Below are positions 15,991-24,458 of a DNA stretch of 47,596 nucleotides, piece after piece (positions within the stretch are counted from its first letter, which is position 1; every line of letters begins with the position of its first letter). A program made the position numbers and the translations under genes. Under the pieces are notes generated by a model. The model saw only the letters and a program-made list of their open reading frames with translations, did not search any database and was not told where the DNA came from. The stretch is taken from contig CANQEN010000002.1 in the NCBI GenBank assembly GCA_947595045.1, forward strand, positions 1-47,596, written 5' to 3'. Source of the DNA: an uncultured Bacilli bacterium (lineage in GTDB: Bacteria; Bacillota_I; Bacilli_A; RF39; UBA660).

Positions 15991-18018
15991 ATGATAATTA
16001 GATATTATAATGGATATATTGGTTATGAGGAGTTAAAAGAGTTAACCAAAATTACAAAAGACGGGACAACAGCTTTTCATTTAATCGAAGCAGCTAAACA
16101 AATTGGTTTTAAAGCTATGGGTGTTCAATGTACATTAGATAATATTAATAGCGAGAATATAGTACTACCTTGTATTGCTAATGTTATTATGAATAATTCA
16201 TATCGACATTTTGTTGTCATTTATGAAATCAATTATAAAAAAGGATATTTAGTAATAGGTGATCCATCTAATAAAGTCATAAAAATGTCTTTTGATATTT
16301 TTAAATCAATATTTAGTGGTGTCTTAATTATTCTTTATCCAGAACAAGTCTTACCTATAAAGGGAGAAAATAAAATATCTATTTTAATGCTTTGGAATAT
16401 ATTGAAATTACACACACCTTTATTATTTCAAATCATAATTATGTCATCATTGGTAGCCATTTTCTCTATTGTTTCATCTTTTTATGTTGAGACGATGATT
16501 AATGGTATTAATGAAACTAATTCAATAAGTTATTTGTTTTTTCTTTTTCTAATTTTTACTGTTATTTATTTGATGAAAATTATTAGTAATTTTCTTCGAG
16601 ATAAAATATTAGTACTCCTTACTCAGAAATTAGATTTAATTTTAACTATGGATACTTTTAAGAAAGTTTTATTGCTTCCTTATAATTATTATCGAAATCG
16701 TACTACTGGTGATATTATTTCGAGGATACAAGATTTAACATCTATTAAAGGTATTATAGGGCAATTTTTAGTTACAATAGCTGTAGATTTACCATTATCA
16801 TTGATTGCTTTTGCTGTGTTATATATTATTAATAATCAATTATGTGGGATTGTAATAATTATGGCAGGTCTTTATTTTCTTATTATGATCATATTTCAAT
16901 CTATGTTTGAACACTGTATAAATAAAGAACAACAATCAAGAGCTAATACTAATTCTTATATGGTAGAAGCCATTAGTGGCTTTGAATCTGTGAAGGGATT
17001 AAAGATGGAATCTAAAATATTGGATAATTTTGAAAAAAAATATGTTAAATACCTAAAATTGACATCTCATCATCAAGAATTGTATATTACGCAGTCAATG
17101 TTAAAAGAATTGGTATATTATTTGGGATTTTTAGTAATTACTTTAATTGGTTCTTGGTATGTTATTGATAATAAGATGTCTTTAGGCAGTTTACTTACTT
17201 TCCATAGTTTATTGTTTTACTTTTTAGATCCAATTCAGAGTATGATTAATTTAAATCATGAATGGAAAGAAGTTAAAAATGCGTTGAGAAGAGTTTTAGA
17301 GATGCAAATAAAAAATAATAATTCTACTGGTTTTTTGGATATATCAATGACTGGTGATATTGAATTTAGGAATGTTAATTATTCTTTTAATGACCGTGAT
17401 AAAGTATTAAATAATATTTCATTTACTATTAAACAAAATGAAAAATTAATGATTGTTGGAAGAAGTGGAGGAGGAAAAAGTACTTTATTAAAATTATTAA
17501 TGAAATACTATGCTGTTCCTAGAGATAATATTTTTATTAATAATATTGATATAAATGATTATTTAGATTCTAAGAATGTTTATTATATTAATCAACAAGA
17601 GACTTTATTTACAGGAAGTATTTTACAAAATATTGTTGGTAATAGTGATGTAGATAATGAAACGGTATTGGGAATTGCTAAAATATGTGCAGTAAATGAT
17701 ATAGTAAAAAATAGTTCTTTAGGATTTAATGAATTAGTAGAAGAAAATGGCTTTAATTTTTCAGGTGGTGAAAGACAAAGAATTATCCTAGCTAGGGCAT
17801 TAATTAATCCATTTAATATTTTAATTATTGATGAAGGAACTAATCAGATCGATATTGATTTGGAACGAAAAATTTTAAAAGCTATTTTTAAAAAATTCCA
17901 TGATAAAACGATAATAGTTATATCACATCGTTTGGATAACTTAGATTTATTTAATCATATGATTGAAATTGAAAATGGTAAATTAGTAAAGGATGTTAAA
18001 TATAATGAAAAAAATTGA
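15991..18018 (+). CDS. Bacteriocin-type ABC exporter with N-terminal C39 peptidase domain (coordinates from the first ATG; homology extends upstream to about 15931)
   Basis: Walker A GRSGGGKST, signature FSGGERQR, Walker B ILIIDEGT, H-loop ISHR, six-TM core. The C39 motif KQEEFKDCGAASLSMII is encoded in-frame at 15949-15999, so the catalytic Cys codon (15970-15972) precedes the first ATG. Confidence 0.85.
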   Translation: MIIRYYNGYIGYEELKELTKITKDGTTAFHLIEAAKQIGFKAMGVQCTLDNINSENIVLPCIANVIMNNSYRHFVVIYEINYKKGYLVIGDPSNKVIKMSFDIFKSIFSGVLIILYPEQVLPIKGENKISILMLWNILKLHTPLLFQIIIMSSLVAIFSIVSSFYVETMINGINETNSISYLFFLFLIFTVIYLMKIISNFLRDKILVLLTQKLDLILTMDTFKKVLLLPYNYYRNRTTGDIISRIQDLTSIKGIIGQFLVTIAVDLPLSLIAFAVLYIINNQLCGIVIIMAGLYFLIMIIFQSMFEHCINKEQQSRANTNSYMVEAISGFESVKGLKMESKILDNFEKKYVKYLKLTSHHQELYITQSMLKELVYYLGFLVITLIGSWYVIDNKMSLGSLLTFHSLLFYFLDPIQSMINLNHEWKEVKNALRRVLEMQIKNNNSTGFLDISMTGDIEFRNVNYSFNDRDKVLNNISFTIKQNEKLMIVGRSGGGKSTLLKLLMKYYAVPRDNIFINNIDINDYLDSKNVYYINQQETLFTGSILQNIVGNSDVDNETVLGIAKICAVNDIVKNSSLGFNELVEENGFNFSGGERQRIILARALINPFNILIIDEGTNQIDIDLERKILKAIFKKFHDKTIIVISHRLDNLDLFNHMIEIENGKLVKDVKYNEKN

Positions 18019-18460
18019 TATTTTTAATAATTCGGCTATTATTTTATTAAAAAGAACACCTAATAAAATATTAAATAGTATGTATATTATTATTTTGTTC
18101 GTAATAGTTGTTATAATGTTTAGTTTGTTATACAAATATCCTAAGTATAGTTATTACCAAGCTATAGTAGAAAAAGATAATAATGATTATGTAATTAGTA
18201 TAGTATTAAAAGAAGCTGAATTGCCTTTTAATAAAGGTAATAGTATTGTTATTGATAATAAGAAAGTTAAAATTAAAAATATAGAAGTATCAGATGTAAA
18301 TTATGATAATATGGGTAATCAATATCGTATTATTAAATTGAAAGTTAATATAGATGATAAGATTAAAATAAATCATAATATTGTAGATGTTCATATTTAT
18401 AAAGGTGATACAACTATATTTAAAGAGTTATGGAAAAAAGTAAAGAAAGGATTGATGTAA
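18005..18460 (+). CDS. Short membrane-anchored protein in the position of a bacteriocin-export accessory (HlyD/LcnD-like) protein
   Basis: MKKIDIFNNSAIILLKRTPNKILNSMYIIILFVIVVIMFSLL resembles the N-terminus and TM of accessory proteins. At about 151 aa it is roughly one third of the usual length. It overlaps the ABC gene's 3' end. Confidence 0.4.
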   Translation: MKKIDIFNNSAIILLKRTPNKILNSMYIIILFVIVVIMFSLLYKYPKYSYYQAIVEKDNNDYVISIVLKEAELPFNKGNSIVIDNKKVKIKNIEVSDVNYDNMGNQYRIIKLKVNIDDKIKINHNIVDVHIYKGDTTIFKELWKKVKKGLM

Positions 18461-18600
18461 TGAATATACTTACTGATAATGAATTAATGGATGTAAAAGG
18501 TGGAGGAATTTCTTTAGGAGCAGCTGCATTGATTGTTCTTGGGGTAACTTTCCTCATTGGAGTAATAGATGGTTATATTAGGCCATTCTCATGTAATTAG
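18460..18600 (+). CDS. Double-glycine-leader (class II bacteriocin-like) precursor peptide 1
   Basis: 46 aa, MNILTDNELMDVKGG|GISLGAAALIVLGVTFLIGVIDGYIRPFSCN. The ATG overlaps the upstream stop (TAATG). Not in the ORF track because it is too short. Confidence 0.7.
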   Translation: MNILTDNELMDVKGGGISLGAAALIVLGVTFLIGVIDGYIRPFSCN

Positions 18601-18610
18601 GAGGTGAAAT

Positions 18611-18778
18611 ATGAAAGAATTACAAGCTAATGAATTATTAGATGTCAAAGGTGGTGCTGGACTTAATGCTACATTTTTAGCTGCTTTAGTTAGAGGTGTT
18701 AATTCCTTTTTGGACGTAGGTCGGAGTTTAGGATCAGCTATTAGAAGAACAATAGAAGGCAACGTATGCCCACTATAA
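18611..18778 (+). CDS. Double-glycine-leader precursor peptide 2
   Basis: 55 aa, MKELQANELLDVKGG|AGLNATFLAALVRGVNSFLDVGRSLGSAIRRTIEGNVCPL. SD GGAGGTGA. Confidence 0.7.
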   Translation: MKELQANELLDVKGGAGLNATFLAALVRGVNSFLDVGRSLGSAIRRTIEGNVCPL

Positions 18779-18933
18779 GTAGTAAAAATATTTTAAAATA
18801 TATATTAATTATCAGCTTGATTATAGCATGTATTCCTTTTATGGGAATCCTATTTGATATAGTATTAAATATGGGTAGATACGTTGGTTCTTTTGCTAGA
18901 ACGATTGGTGAAGGTCAAATATGCCATTTTTAA
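18766..18933 (+). CDS. Small TM peptide without a GG leader whose C-terminal tail resembles peptide 2 (immunity protein or leaderless partner?)
   Basis: 55 aa, MPTISSKNILKYILIISLIIACIPFMGILFDIVLNMGRYVGSFARTIGEGQICHF. The ATG lies inside the last codons of peptide 2 (13-nt overlap). Confidence 0.45.
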   Translation: MPTISSKNILKYILIISLIIACIPFMGILFDIVLNMGRYVGSFARTIGEGQICHF

Positions 18934-18956
18934 GAGAGTTTTCTCTCTTTTTATTT
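18933..18956 (+). terminator. Rho-independent terminator closing the bacteriocin-like locus
   Basis: AGAGAG (18933-18938) TTTT CTCTCT (18943-18948), followed by a T-rich tract. Confidence 0.7.
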
Positions 18957-18987
18957 TGAATTTTTATTAAAAAAGTGTCCCATTTTG

Positions 18988-19016
18988 TTGAAAGAACAAA
19001 GGAAAAGTGTTATAAT
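18988..19016 (+). promoter_or_regulatory. sigA promoter of rpsU
   Basis: TTGAAA (18988-18993), 17-nt spacer ending in TGT, TATAAT (19011-19016). Confidence 0.65.
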
Positions 19017-19046
19017 ACAATTAGTTTTATGAAAGGAGGGATATCG

Positions 19047-19244
19047 ATGTCAACCGTGGCAAAAGTTAAAGATGGCAATGTTGAAAGTGCTATAAGAGCA
19101 TTAAAGCAAAAAAACGCTAGAGATGGCCTCCTAAAAAAAGTGCGTGAGCGTCAAAACGGATATAAAAAACCAGGCGTTCGTAAAAGAGAAAAGAAAGAAG
19201 AAGGTATTAAAAACACAAGGAAAAGAGAGAGAAATAATCGTTAG
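19047..19244 (+). CDS. rpsU: 30S ribosomal protein S21
   Basis: SD AAAGGAGGG precedes the ATG at 19047. MSTVAKVKDGNVESAIRALKQKNARDGLLKKVRERQ...KPGVRKREKK. Confidence 0.9.
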   Translation: MSTVAKVKDGNVESAIRALKQKNARDGLLKKVRERQNGYKKPGVRKREKKEEGIKNTRKRERNNR

Positions 19245-19287
19245 AGTGGTTTAGCTCTCTTTATTTGTTGAAAGAAAGGAGTTTTAT

Positions 19288-19731
19288 ATGCGAGATAAAA
19301 TTTTAAATGATATTATAGCAGCAATGAAGAGTCAAGATAAAGATAGATTAGCTGTTTTGAGAATGGTAAAAGGAGCTATTCAGTTAGAAGAAATAAGTAA
19401 AAAAAGTGAATTAAAGGATGAAGATGTAATTAGTGTATTATCAAAACAAATTAAAACACGCCGTGAGTCTATCGTTGATTTTGAAAAGGGTGGTAGAACT
19501 GATTTAATAGAAAAAACTAATGCTGAAATTGAAATTTTAAATGAATATATGCCAGAACAAATGACAAAGGAAGAGCTTATTCAAACGATAGAAGAAGTAT
19601 TTAAAAAAGTTATACCAACATCGTCTTCTGATATGGGAAAGATTATGAAAGAGTTAACGCCTTTAGTAAAAGGAAAGGCTGATATGGCACAAGTTAGTAA
19701 AATAGTTAAAGAAAAAATTAATAATCTATAG
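19288..19731 (+). CDS. yqeY: GatB/YqeY domain protein
   Basis: 147 aa. DIIAAMKSQDKDRLAVLRMVKGAIQ...ILNEYMPEQMTKEEL. The rpsU-yqeY pairing is conserved, as in Bacillus. Confidence 0.85.
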   Translation: MRDKILNDIIAAMKSQDKDRLAVLRMVKGAIQLEEISKKSELKDEDVISVLSKQIKTRRESIVDFEKGGRTDLIEKTNAEIEILNEYMPEQMTKEELIQTIEEVFKKVIPTSSSDMGKIMKELTPLVKGKADMAQVSKIVKEKINNL

Positions 19732-19742
19732 GTGTAAAAGTC

Positions 19743-19841
19743 TTGTATAATATAAGTTTTTATGATACAATTTTAATTGTGTAATCCGCTGACGTTTTCT
19801 TGGTTAAGATTATATTAGTAATAAAAGAGGAGAGTGAAATT
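19743..19841 (+). promoter_or_regulatory. sigA promoter plus ~64-nt leader of rplS (possible L19 autoregulatory leader)
   Basis: TTGTAT (19743-19748), 17-nt spacer with TG, TACAAT (19766-19771). The leader has an unusually G/C-containing block (TAATCCGCTGACG...GGTTAAGATTA) with TAATC/GATTA pairing. The leader class was not verified. Confidence 0.35.
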
Positions 19842-20198
19842 GTGAACATAATCGATAAGATTACTAAAAGTCAAATAAGGACTGATATTCCTGAATTCCA
19901 AGTAGGAGATACAGTAAGAGTTGACTTGAAAATTGAAGAAAAAGATGCTAAGGGTAATATTAAATCTTCTAGGATCCAAGCTTTTGAAGGTTTAGTTATG
20001 TCTATCCAAGGATCTGGAATTAGTAAAACATTTACGGTTAGAAAAAAATCAGGAAATGTTGGTGTAGAAAAAATATTTCCAGTAAATTCACCTAAAATTG
20101 CTAATCTTACTGTTATTCGAAAAGGAAAAGTTAGAAGAGCAAAATTAGGTTATATTCGTAATGCTAAAAAGACACCAAAAATTAAAGAAAGAGCATAA
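19842..20198 (+). CDS. rplS: 50S ribosomal protein L19
   Basis: SD GAGGAGAG, 7 nt, then GTG at 19842. [13 protein letters not shown]...RIQAFEGLV...FTVRK...[12 protein letters not shown]...GKVRRAKL. Confidence 0.9.
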   Translation: MNIIDKITKSQIRTDIPEFQVGDTVRVDLKIEEKDAKGNIKSSRIQAFEGLVMSIQGSGISKTFTVRKKSGNVGVEKIFPVNSPKIANLTVIRKGKVRRAKLGYIRNAKKTPKIKERA

Positions 20199-20217
20199 GG
20201 CGTAAAGCCTTATTTTG
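20197..20217 (+). terminator. Rho-independent terminator
   Basis: AAGGC GTAAA GCCTT, followed by ATTTTG. Confidence 0.6.
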
Positions 20218-20310
20218 CTATAGTTAGAAAATAACATAAAATAATTGATAAAAGGTTCAATATTCTAATTATATGAATGTTTTGAATTTGTGAAAGGAAT
20301 GTGACTGAGT

Positions 20311-20838
20311 ATGGAAATAAAAGCATCACAAAAAATATGGGGAAAACTTAAAGGTTTTGTGCCCTACATTATTATTGTTATTGTAGTTGTACTTATTAGA
20401 ACTTTTATTATGACACCAGTTAAAGTTAATGGTGCTTCTATGAATAATACTTTAAAAGATGGTGATATTTTAATTTTAAATAAATTAGATAAGAAATTTG
20501 AACGGTTTGATATTGTGGTTATTAATTTAGGAAATACTAAAATTGTTAAGAGAATTATTGGCTTGCCAGGAGAAAGTGTATCTTATGAAAATGATATTTT
20601 ATATATCGATGGGCAACCACTTACTGATGTGTCTGAAGATATTACTGATGATTTTTCATTAGAATCTTTATATGGATATACTTATTTACCAGATGATTAT
20701 TATTTTGTTATGGGTGATAATCGTAATAATTCATCTGATAGTCGTGATTATCGAATTGGTATTATACCTAAGTCTAAAATAGAGGGAACAACATCAATAC
20801 GTATTTTTCCTTTTACTAAAATAGGTAGTTTTAAATAA
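20311..20838 (+). CDS. lepB: Signal peptidase I
   Basis: TM, then GASMNNTLKDGD (catalytic Ser), VKRIIGLPGE (catalytic Lys box), GDNRNNSSDSRD. Confidence 0.85.
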   Translation: MEIKASQKIWGKLKGFVPYIIIVIVVVLIRTFIMTPVKVNGASMNNTLKDGDILILNKLDKKFERFDIVVINLGNTKIVKRIIGLPGESVSYENDILYIDGQPLTDVSEDITDDFSLESLYGYTYLPDDYYFVMGDNRNNSSDSRDYRIGIIPKSKIEGTTSIRIFPFTKIGSFK

Positions 20839-20849
20839 TTGTGAGATAG

Positions 20850-22433
20850 GTGATAGCTTTGAACGGAAATAGAGGAGCTAAGGGATCGATAAATGACCGT
20901 TTAATTAGTATGATGTATCGTAATCGATATAAGAAGTGGAAATTACAGCATGATAGTTATAGAGCTAATCCATTTAAGATATATAATGAAAAAACAATTG
21001 ATTATTTAAAGACAATTAGAACTTTTGATTATGAAAGTAATCAGGATGTAAGTAATTTAAATTTAGTAGATTCATTAGTAGTAGAAGATGCTTTCACACC
21101 TATTAAGCAAGTAACCGAAGATATACCTTTAATGGTGGATAAGAAAAATGAAATTAGTAATGTTGTGGAACAATCTACTAATTTAGAACAGAAAGAGCAA
21201 TTTAGTAATAATGATGCTAAAAATATGCATGATTTAAGTGAGAAAATAATAGAATTTGATCCTAAAACAGAGGATTATGATTTTAAACATTATGATTATT
21301 ATGAAGTCATATTAAATAATACTAAGGTTGGAACTATTGAAGAGAGTGAAATAATTGAACCGGAAAAAGAACTTAATATTCATGATAATGAGATTGTAGT
21401 TGTTGATGAATTAACTGAATTTATAGATGATAGTAAAGAACAATTGATAGAAATTAAGAAAGAAATTACCGAAATTAAAGAATTGATTAATATAGCAGAA
21501 ACACAAGATGAAATAGAAGCTATAGAATTTCGAATGAATCGGTTACAAAAAGAAATAGCTATATTAAAAGCAAAATACGAAAAGATAAAAGATCATTATG
21601 ATTTGAGTGAGTTTATAATATTAGATAGCATAACTTATATGGATGCTATTGGTGAATTAAAGGATGAGGCTAGTATTGAACAATTAGAAATAATGGTTGA
21701 TATTTGTAAAAATGAGATAGAAGAATTAGATGATATAGTAGAAGAGAATAAAAGAGGTGTTGAGGCAAAAGAAGAATTTACTTCTAAGCAACAAGAAATA
21801 GAAAATAGAGATAAGGCATTTATTAAGCATACTGATAGGGTTATGGAAGTTGATAAAGATTATCAGCAAATAATTAATGATACTAAATCACAGATGGAAT
21901 TATTAAAGCATATTAGAGAACATCTTTATGATTTTGAGATAGAAGTTATTAAAACAACTAAGATAGTTAATAGAACGCAGAGTTTATTTGGTTCTTTTCT
22001 AAGGATAGCTACTGGTATCTTAACGCGTCCTTTTACTGGTATTAATTTATTTGGTATTGCTTTGGGTACTAACTTAATTAATCGAGGTTTACGTGGACTT
22101 AGAGAATATCTTAACCCAGAGATAGAAGTTATTGAGGAAAATAGAAAAAAATATTGTGATATGGAAGAGGAAATATTAAAAGGTAAAAATTTAGTTAATA
22201 ATACTAAAATGCTCTTATCTGATTCTTTATGGCAATTGACACAACTAGAACAGGAATTTCAAACTACATTTGCTAATTATACAAATGTTATTCCAGAGTA
22301 TAAACAGGTATTAGACCAAATGCATACTTTAAAAAATGGTTTAATTGAAAAAGAAAGACAATTAGAATTACAAAATCATGATTTAGATAGACAATACGAA
22401 GCCAATAAAATAAAATTAAAAAAAGCTAGTTAG
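20850..22433 (+). CDS. Hypothetical large coiled-coil protein with a hydrophobic/Gly-rich segment near residue 390
   Basis: 527 aa, long acidic heptad-rich stretches. SLFGSFLRIATGILTRPFTGINLFGIALGTNLI is a possible re-entrant or TM hairpin. Start is uncertain (GTG 20850 or TTG 20859 after AGGTGAT). Confidence 0.45.
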   Translation: MIALNGNRGAKGSINDRLISMMYRNRYKKWKLQHDSYRANPFKIYNEKTIDYLKTIRTFDYESNQDVSNLNLVDSLVVEDAFTPIKQVTEDIPLMVDKKNEISNVVEQSTNLEQKEQFSNNDAKNMHDLSEKIIEFDPKTEDYDFKHYDYYEVILNNTKVGTIEESEIIEPEKELNIHDNEIVVVDELTEFIDDSKEQLIEIKKEITEIKELINIAETQDEIEAIEFRMNRLQKEIAILKAKYEKIKDHYDLSEFIILDSITYMDAIGELKDEASIEQLEIMVDICKNEIEELDDIVEENKRGVEAKEEFTSKQQEIENRDKAFIKHTDRVMEVDKDYQQIINDTKSQMELLKHIREHLYDFEIEVIKTTKIVNRTQSLFGSFLRIATGILTRPFTGINLFGIALGTNLINRGLRGLREYLNPEIEVIEENRKKYCDMEEEILKGKNLVNNTKMLLSDSLWQLTQLEQEFQTTFANYTNVIPEYKQVLDQMHTLKNGLIEKERQLELQNHDLDRQYEANKIKLKKAS

Positions 22434-22473
22434 TAATAAGTAAATTTTATTAAAAAATTAATATATAATTATA

Positions 22474-22510
22474 AAAAGAATAAATCATATAATGCGATTT
22501 ATTTTTTTAT
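22474..22510 (+). terminator. Rho-independent terminator
   Basis: GAATAAATC (22478-22486) / GATTTATTT (22496-22504), followed by a T-run. The ORF-track start at 22492 lies inside this hairpin. Confidence 0.7.
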
Positions 22511-22538
22511 TGACAACTATGTATGTAATAAATATATA
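22510..22538 (+). promoter_or_regulatory. sigA promoter
   Basis: TTGACA (22510-22515), 17-nt spacer, TATATA (22533-22538). Confidence 0.6.
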
Positions 22539-22554
22539 CACAGAGAGGTTAATT

Positions 22555-23064
22555 ATGGAAATAATAATAAGTAATTCACATTATACATCAAAAGGGTTAT
22601 TTAATTTATTTGGTTTTGATATAATTTATTATTTTAAAGAATATATTGATGTTAATACCTATGTAACACCAGATTTAACAATGAATCATACATTAGGGTC
22701 TAAATTGGATAGTGTCAGGACGCAATTTCCATTTTTAGCTTATGATACTATGGAATCCATAATGAAAATAAGTGATTATAATGAAGTAGAAAAGTTTTAT
22801 GGAATACAAGAATATTCTTTAGATAATGATGAATATATTATTGTTGCAGACTTTAAATCAATGGTTCATGTTAGAAATATAGCTTTAGAAAATAATGAGG
22901 TAATTCATTCTATATTTGGAATAATATTTGCAGTTAAAGTATTAGAGGTATTTGGTAATGAACAATTACTACCATCAATTATTGCAACAGCTATATTTAT
23001 TGTTATTATATATGGTGGATATTTTATGATTACCTATTACTGTAGTAAAAACATAATTAAATAA
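22555..23064 (+). CDS. Hypothetical protein with two C-terminal TM helices (possibly a remnant of an FtsX/BceB-type permease)
   Basis: SD AGAGAGGT precedes the ATG at 22555. Soluble N-terminal part, then IHSIFGIIFAVKVLEVFG and LLPSIIATAIFIVIIYGGYFMITYY. The permease resemblance is an impression only. Confidence 0.35.
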   Translation: MEIIISNSHYTSKGLFNLFGFDIIYYFKEYIDVNTYVTPDLTMNHTLGSKLDSVRTQFPFLAYDTMESIMKISDYNEVEKFYGIQEYSLDNDEYIIVADFKSMVHVRNIALENNEVIHSIFGIIFAVKVLEVFGNEQLLPSIIATAIFIVIIYGGYFMITYYCSKNIIK

Positions 23065-23066
23065 CT

Positions 23067-23099
23067 ACCAGATAGTAAATATTTGCTATCTGGTTTTTA
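23067..23099 (+). terminator. Rho-independent terminator
   Basis: ACCAGATAG (23067-23075) / CTATCTGGT (23086-23094), followed by TTTTT. Confidence 0.7.
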
Positions 23100-23171
23100 T
23101 ACTAATAAAAATTATTTGATAAAATATTTATAAATTAAATAGGTCATAACTAGTACGATAATTACTTTTAG

Positions 23172-23229
23172 ATTTTAATCAACTTTTTTCATCATGATTG
23201 ATTTTTGATATACACCAATATAATCAATA
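23172..23229 (-). repeat. Decayed duplicate of the ftsW/spoVE 3' end and its downstream flank (direct repeat of 24440-24508)
   Basis: ATTTTAATCAACTTTTTTCATCATGATTGATTTTT...TACACCAATATAATCAAT compared with ATTTTAATCAGCTTTTTTATCATGATTGATTTTT(+15 nt)TACACCAATACTAATCATT. Confidence 0.55.
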
Positions 23230-23325
23230 GGGGCAGTTTTGAATATATCTATATGCATTGATTATCTCTATTATTGATTGACATTTCCAATATTGTTTCA
23301 TATAATATGGTTATATTTTGAACAT

Positions 23326-23385
23326 TAGTTTGAAAAATAATTATTTTCATGACTCTGTGTGCCTTGAACAAAGGGAAAGGGATGT
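23326..23385 (+). promoter_or_regulatory. Conserved 60-nt leader module, copy C, directly upstream of the SGNH-like gene
   Basis: TAGTTTGAAAAATAATTATTTTCATGACTCTGTGTGCCTTGAACAAAGGGAAAGGGATGT then GTGGTTATTGTG. Confidence 0.6.
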
Positions 23386-24342
23386 GTGGTTATTGTGAAT
23401 ATTATCACCGAAGTTACTAAAAAATATTCAATACTCTCTAAAGATGAAGCTATATCTAGAATTATTGATAATAGTGACTTATTTTTTAAGAATTTAGAAG
23501 AATATTTAAAATTGATGAAAATAGAAAAAGTTAATTTTGTTGGTATTGGTAATTCATTAAGTGCAGGTTGGTCTGCTATTGATCAAGACGTTAGACCGTT
23601 TATCTTAAAATTACAAGAAATAATGAAAGATCAAATTATAAAAAAAGGGTTTGATATAAGCTTTTATAATTATGCACTTGCTGCTAATAATTCTAATGAG
23701 AAGATATTGAATTTTTTACAGGGAAATCCAACCGAAAAAGATGTAAAGCATCATTTTATAAATGATGTCAATCAATGGAAAAAAAAGTTTGATAATACTC
23801 TTTTAGAAAACTATATTGATTTAAATAAAGCTTTAGACTTTTATCCAAATTCCAATACTGCTTTTAAAAATGTTTATTGTGATAATATATTAACGTTTAC
23901 TCTTTTAAATAGTTGTACTGGTGGTTTTTTAGAATCATTAAAGAAAAAGAAACTAAAAGATATGAAAGATTCTTTTAAAAAAGACAAAGAATATTTAGTT
24001 AGTATAATTGATTATTTAAAACAGTTAAAAAAAGAAAATATCAATTTAATTTCAGTGGGTAATTTTCCATATATATCAACTTCATCAGGGGTATTAATCA
24101 ATAAATTAATTGATTATCTCATAAATGATGATATTCAAAAAATTTGCTTAAATAATAACGTAACTTATTTTAATAAAAATCAAATTGCTTTATTTCAAAA
24201 ATACAAAAATCCTCATACTATAGCATATGGTATAAAGGTTGATAATCATCCTCGAATGGATGAACAGTATACAGTATTATATTATTATTTTAATAGTGTA
24301 ACTGAAATGTTGGAAACTAAAAAAAAGTTATTAATTAGATAG
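23386..24342 (+). CDS. SGNH/GDSL-family hydrolase-like protein (possible peptidoglycan or lipid esterase)
   Basis: 318 aa. Block I FVGIGNSLSAGWS (GDS(L)-like, Ser nucleophile) and C-terminal VDNHPRMDE (D-x-x-H). No signal peptide is evident. Confidence 0.6.
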   Translation: MVIVNIITEVTKKYSILSKDEAISRIIDNSDLFFKNLEEYLKLMKIEKVNFVGIGNSLSAGWSAIDQDVRPFILKLQEIMKDQIIKKGFDISFYNYALAANNSNEKILNFLQGNPTEKDVKHHFINDVNQWKKKFDNTLLENYIDLNKALDFYPNSNTAFKNVYCDNILTFTLLNSCTGGFLESLKKKKLKDMKDSFKKDKEYLVSIIDYLKQLKKENINLISVGNFPYISTSSGVLINKLIDYLINDDIQKICLNNNVTYFNKNQIALFQKYKNPHTIAYGIKVDNHPRMDEQYTVLYYYFNSVTEMLETKKKLLIR

Positions 24343-24366
24343 TTATACAATTAATAACTTTTTTTG
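24325..24366 (+). terminator. Rho-independent terminator
   Basis: 12-bp stem AAGTTATTAATT (24325-24336) / AATTAATAACTT (24349-24360), followed by a T-run. The first arm lies inside the last codons. Confidence 0.75.
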
Positions 24367-24458
24367 AAAATTACCAAAAGTTTTAAACATTATTTTTTTC
24401 TTATCATTTTCCTAAAAATGCATTAGATATTTTGGTATTATTTTAATCAGCTTTTTTA

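Noticed and set aside
19902-19980. A 6-residue insertion ([12 protein letters not shown]) in ribosomal protein L19 relative to Bacillus L19
   Set aside because: It is probably a lineage-specific loop variation. The comparison is from memory of one reference sequence only, and I have no evidence of functional significance.
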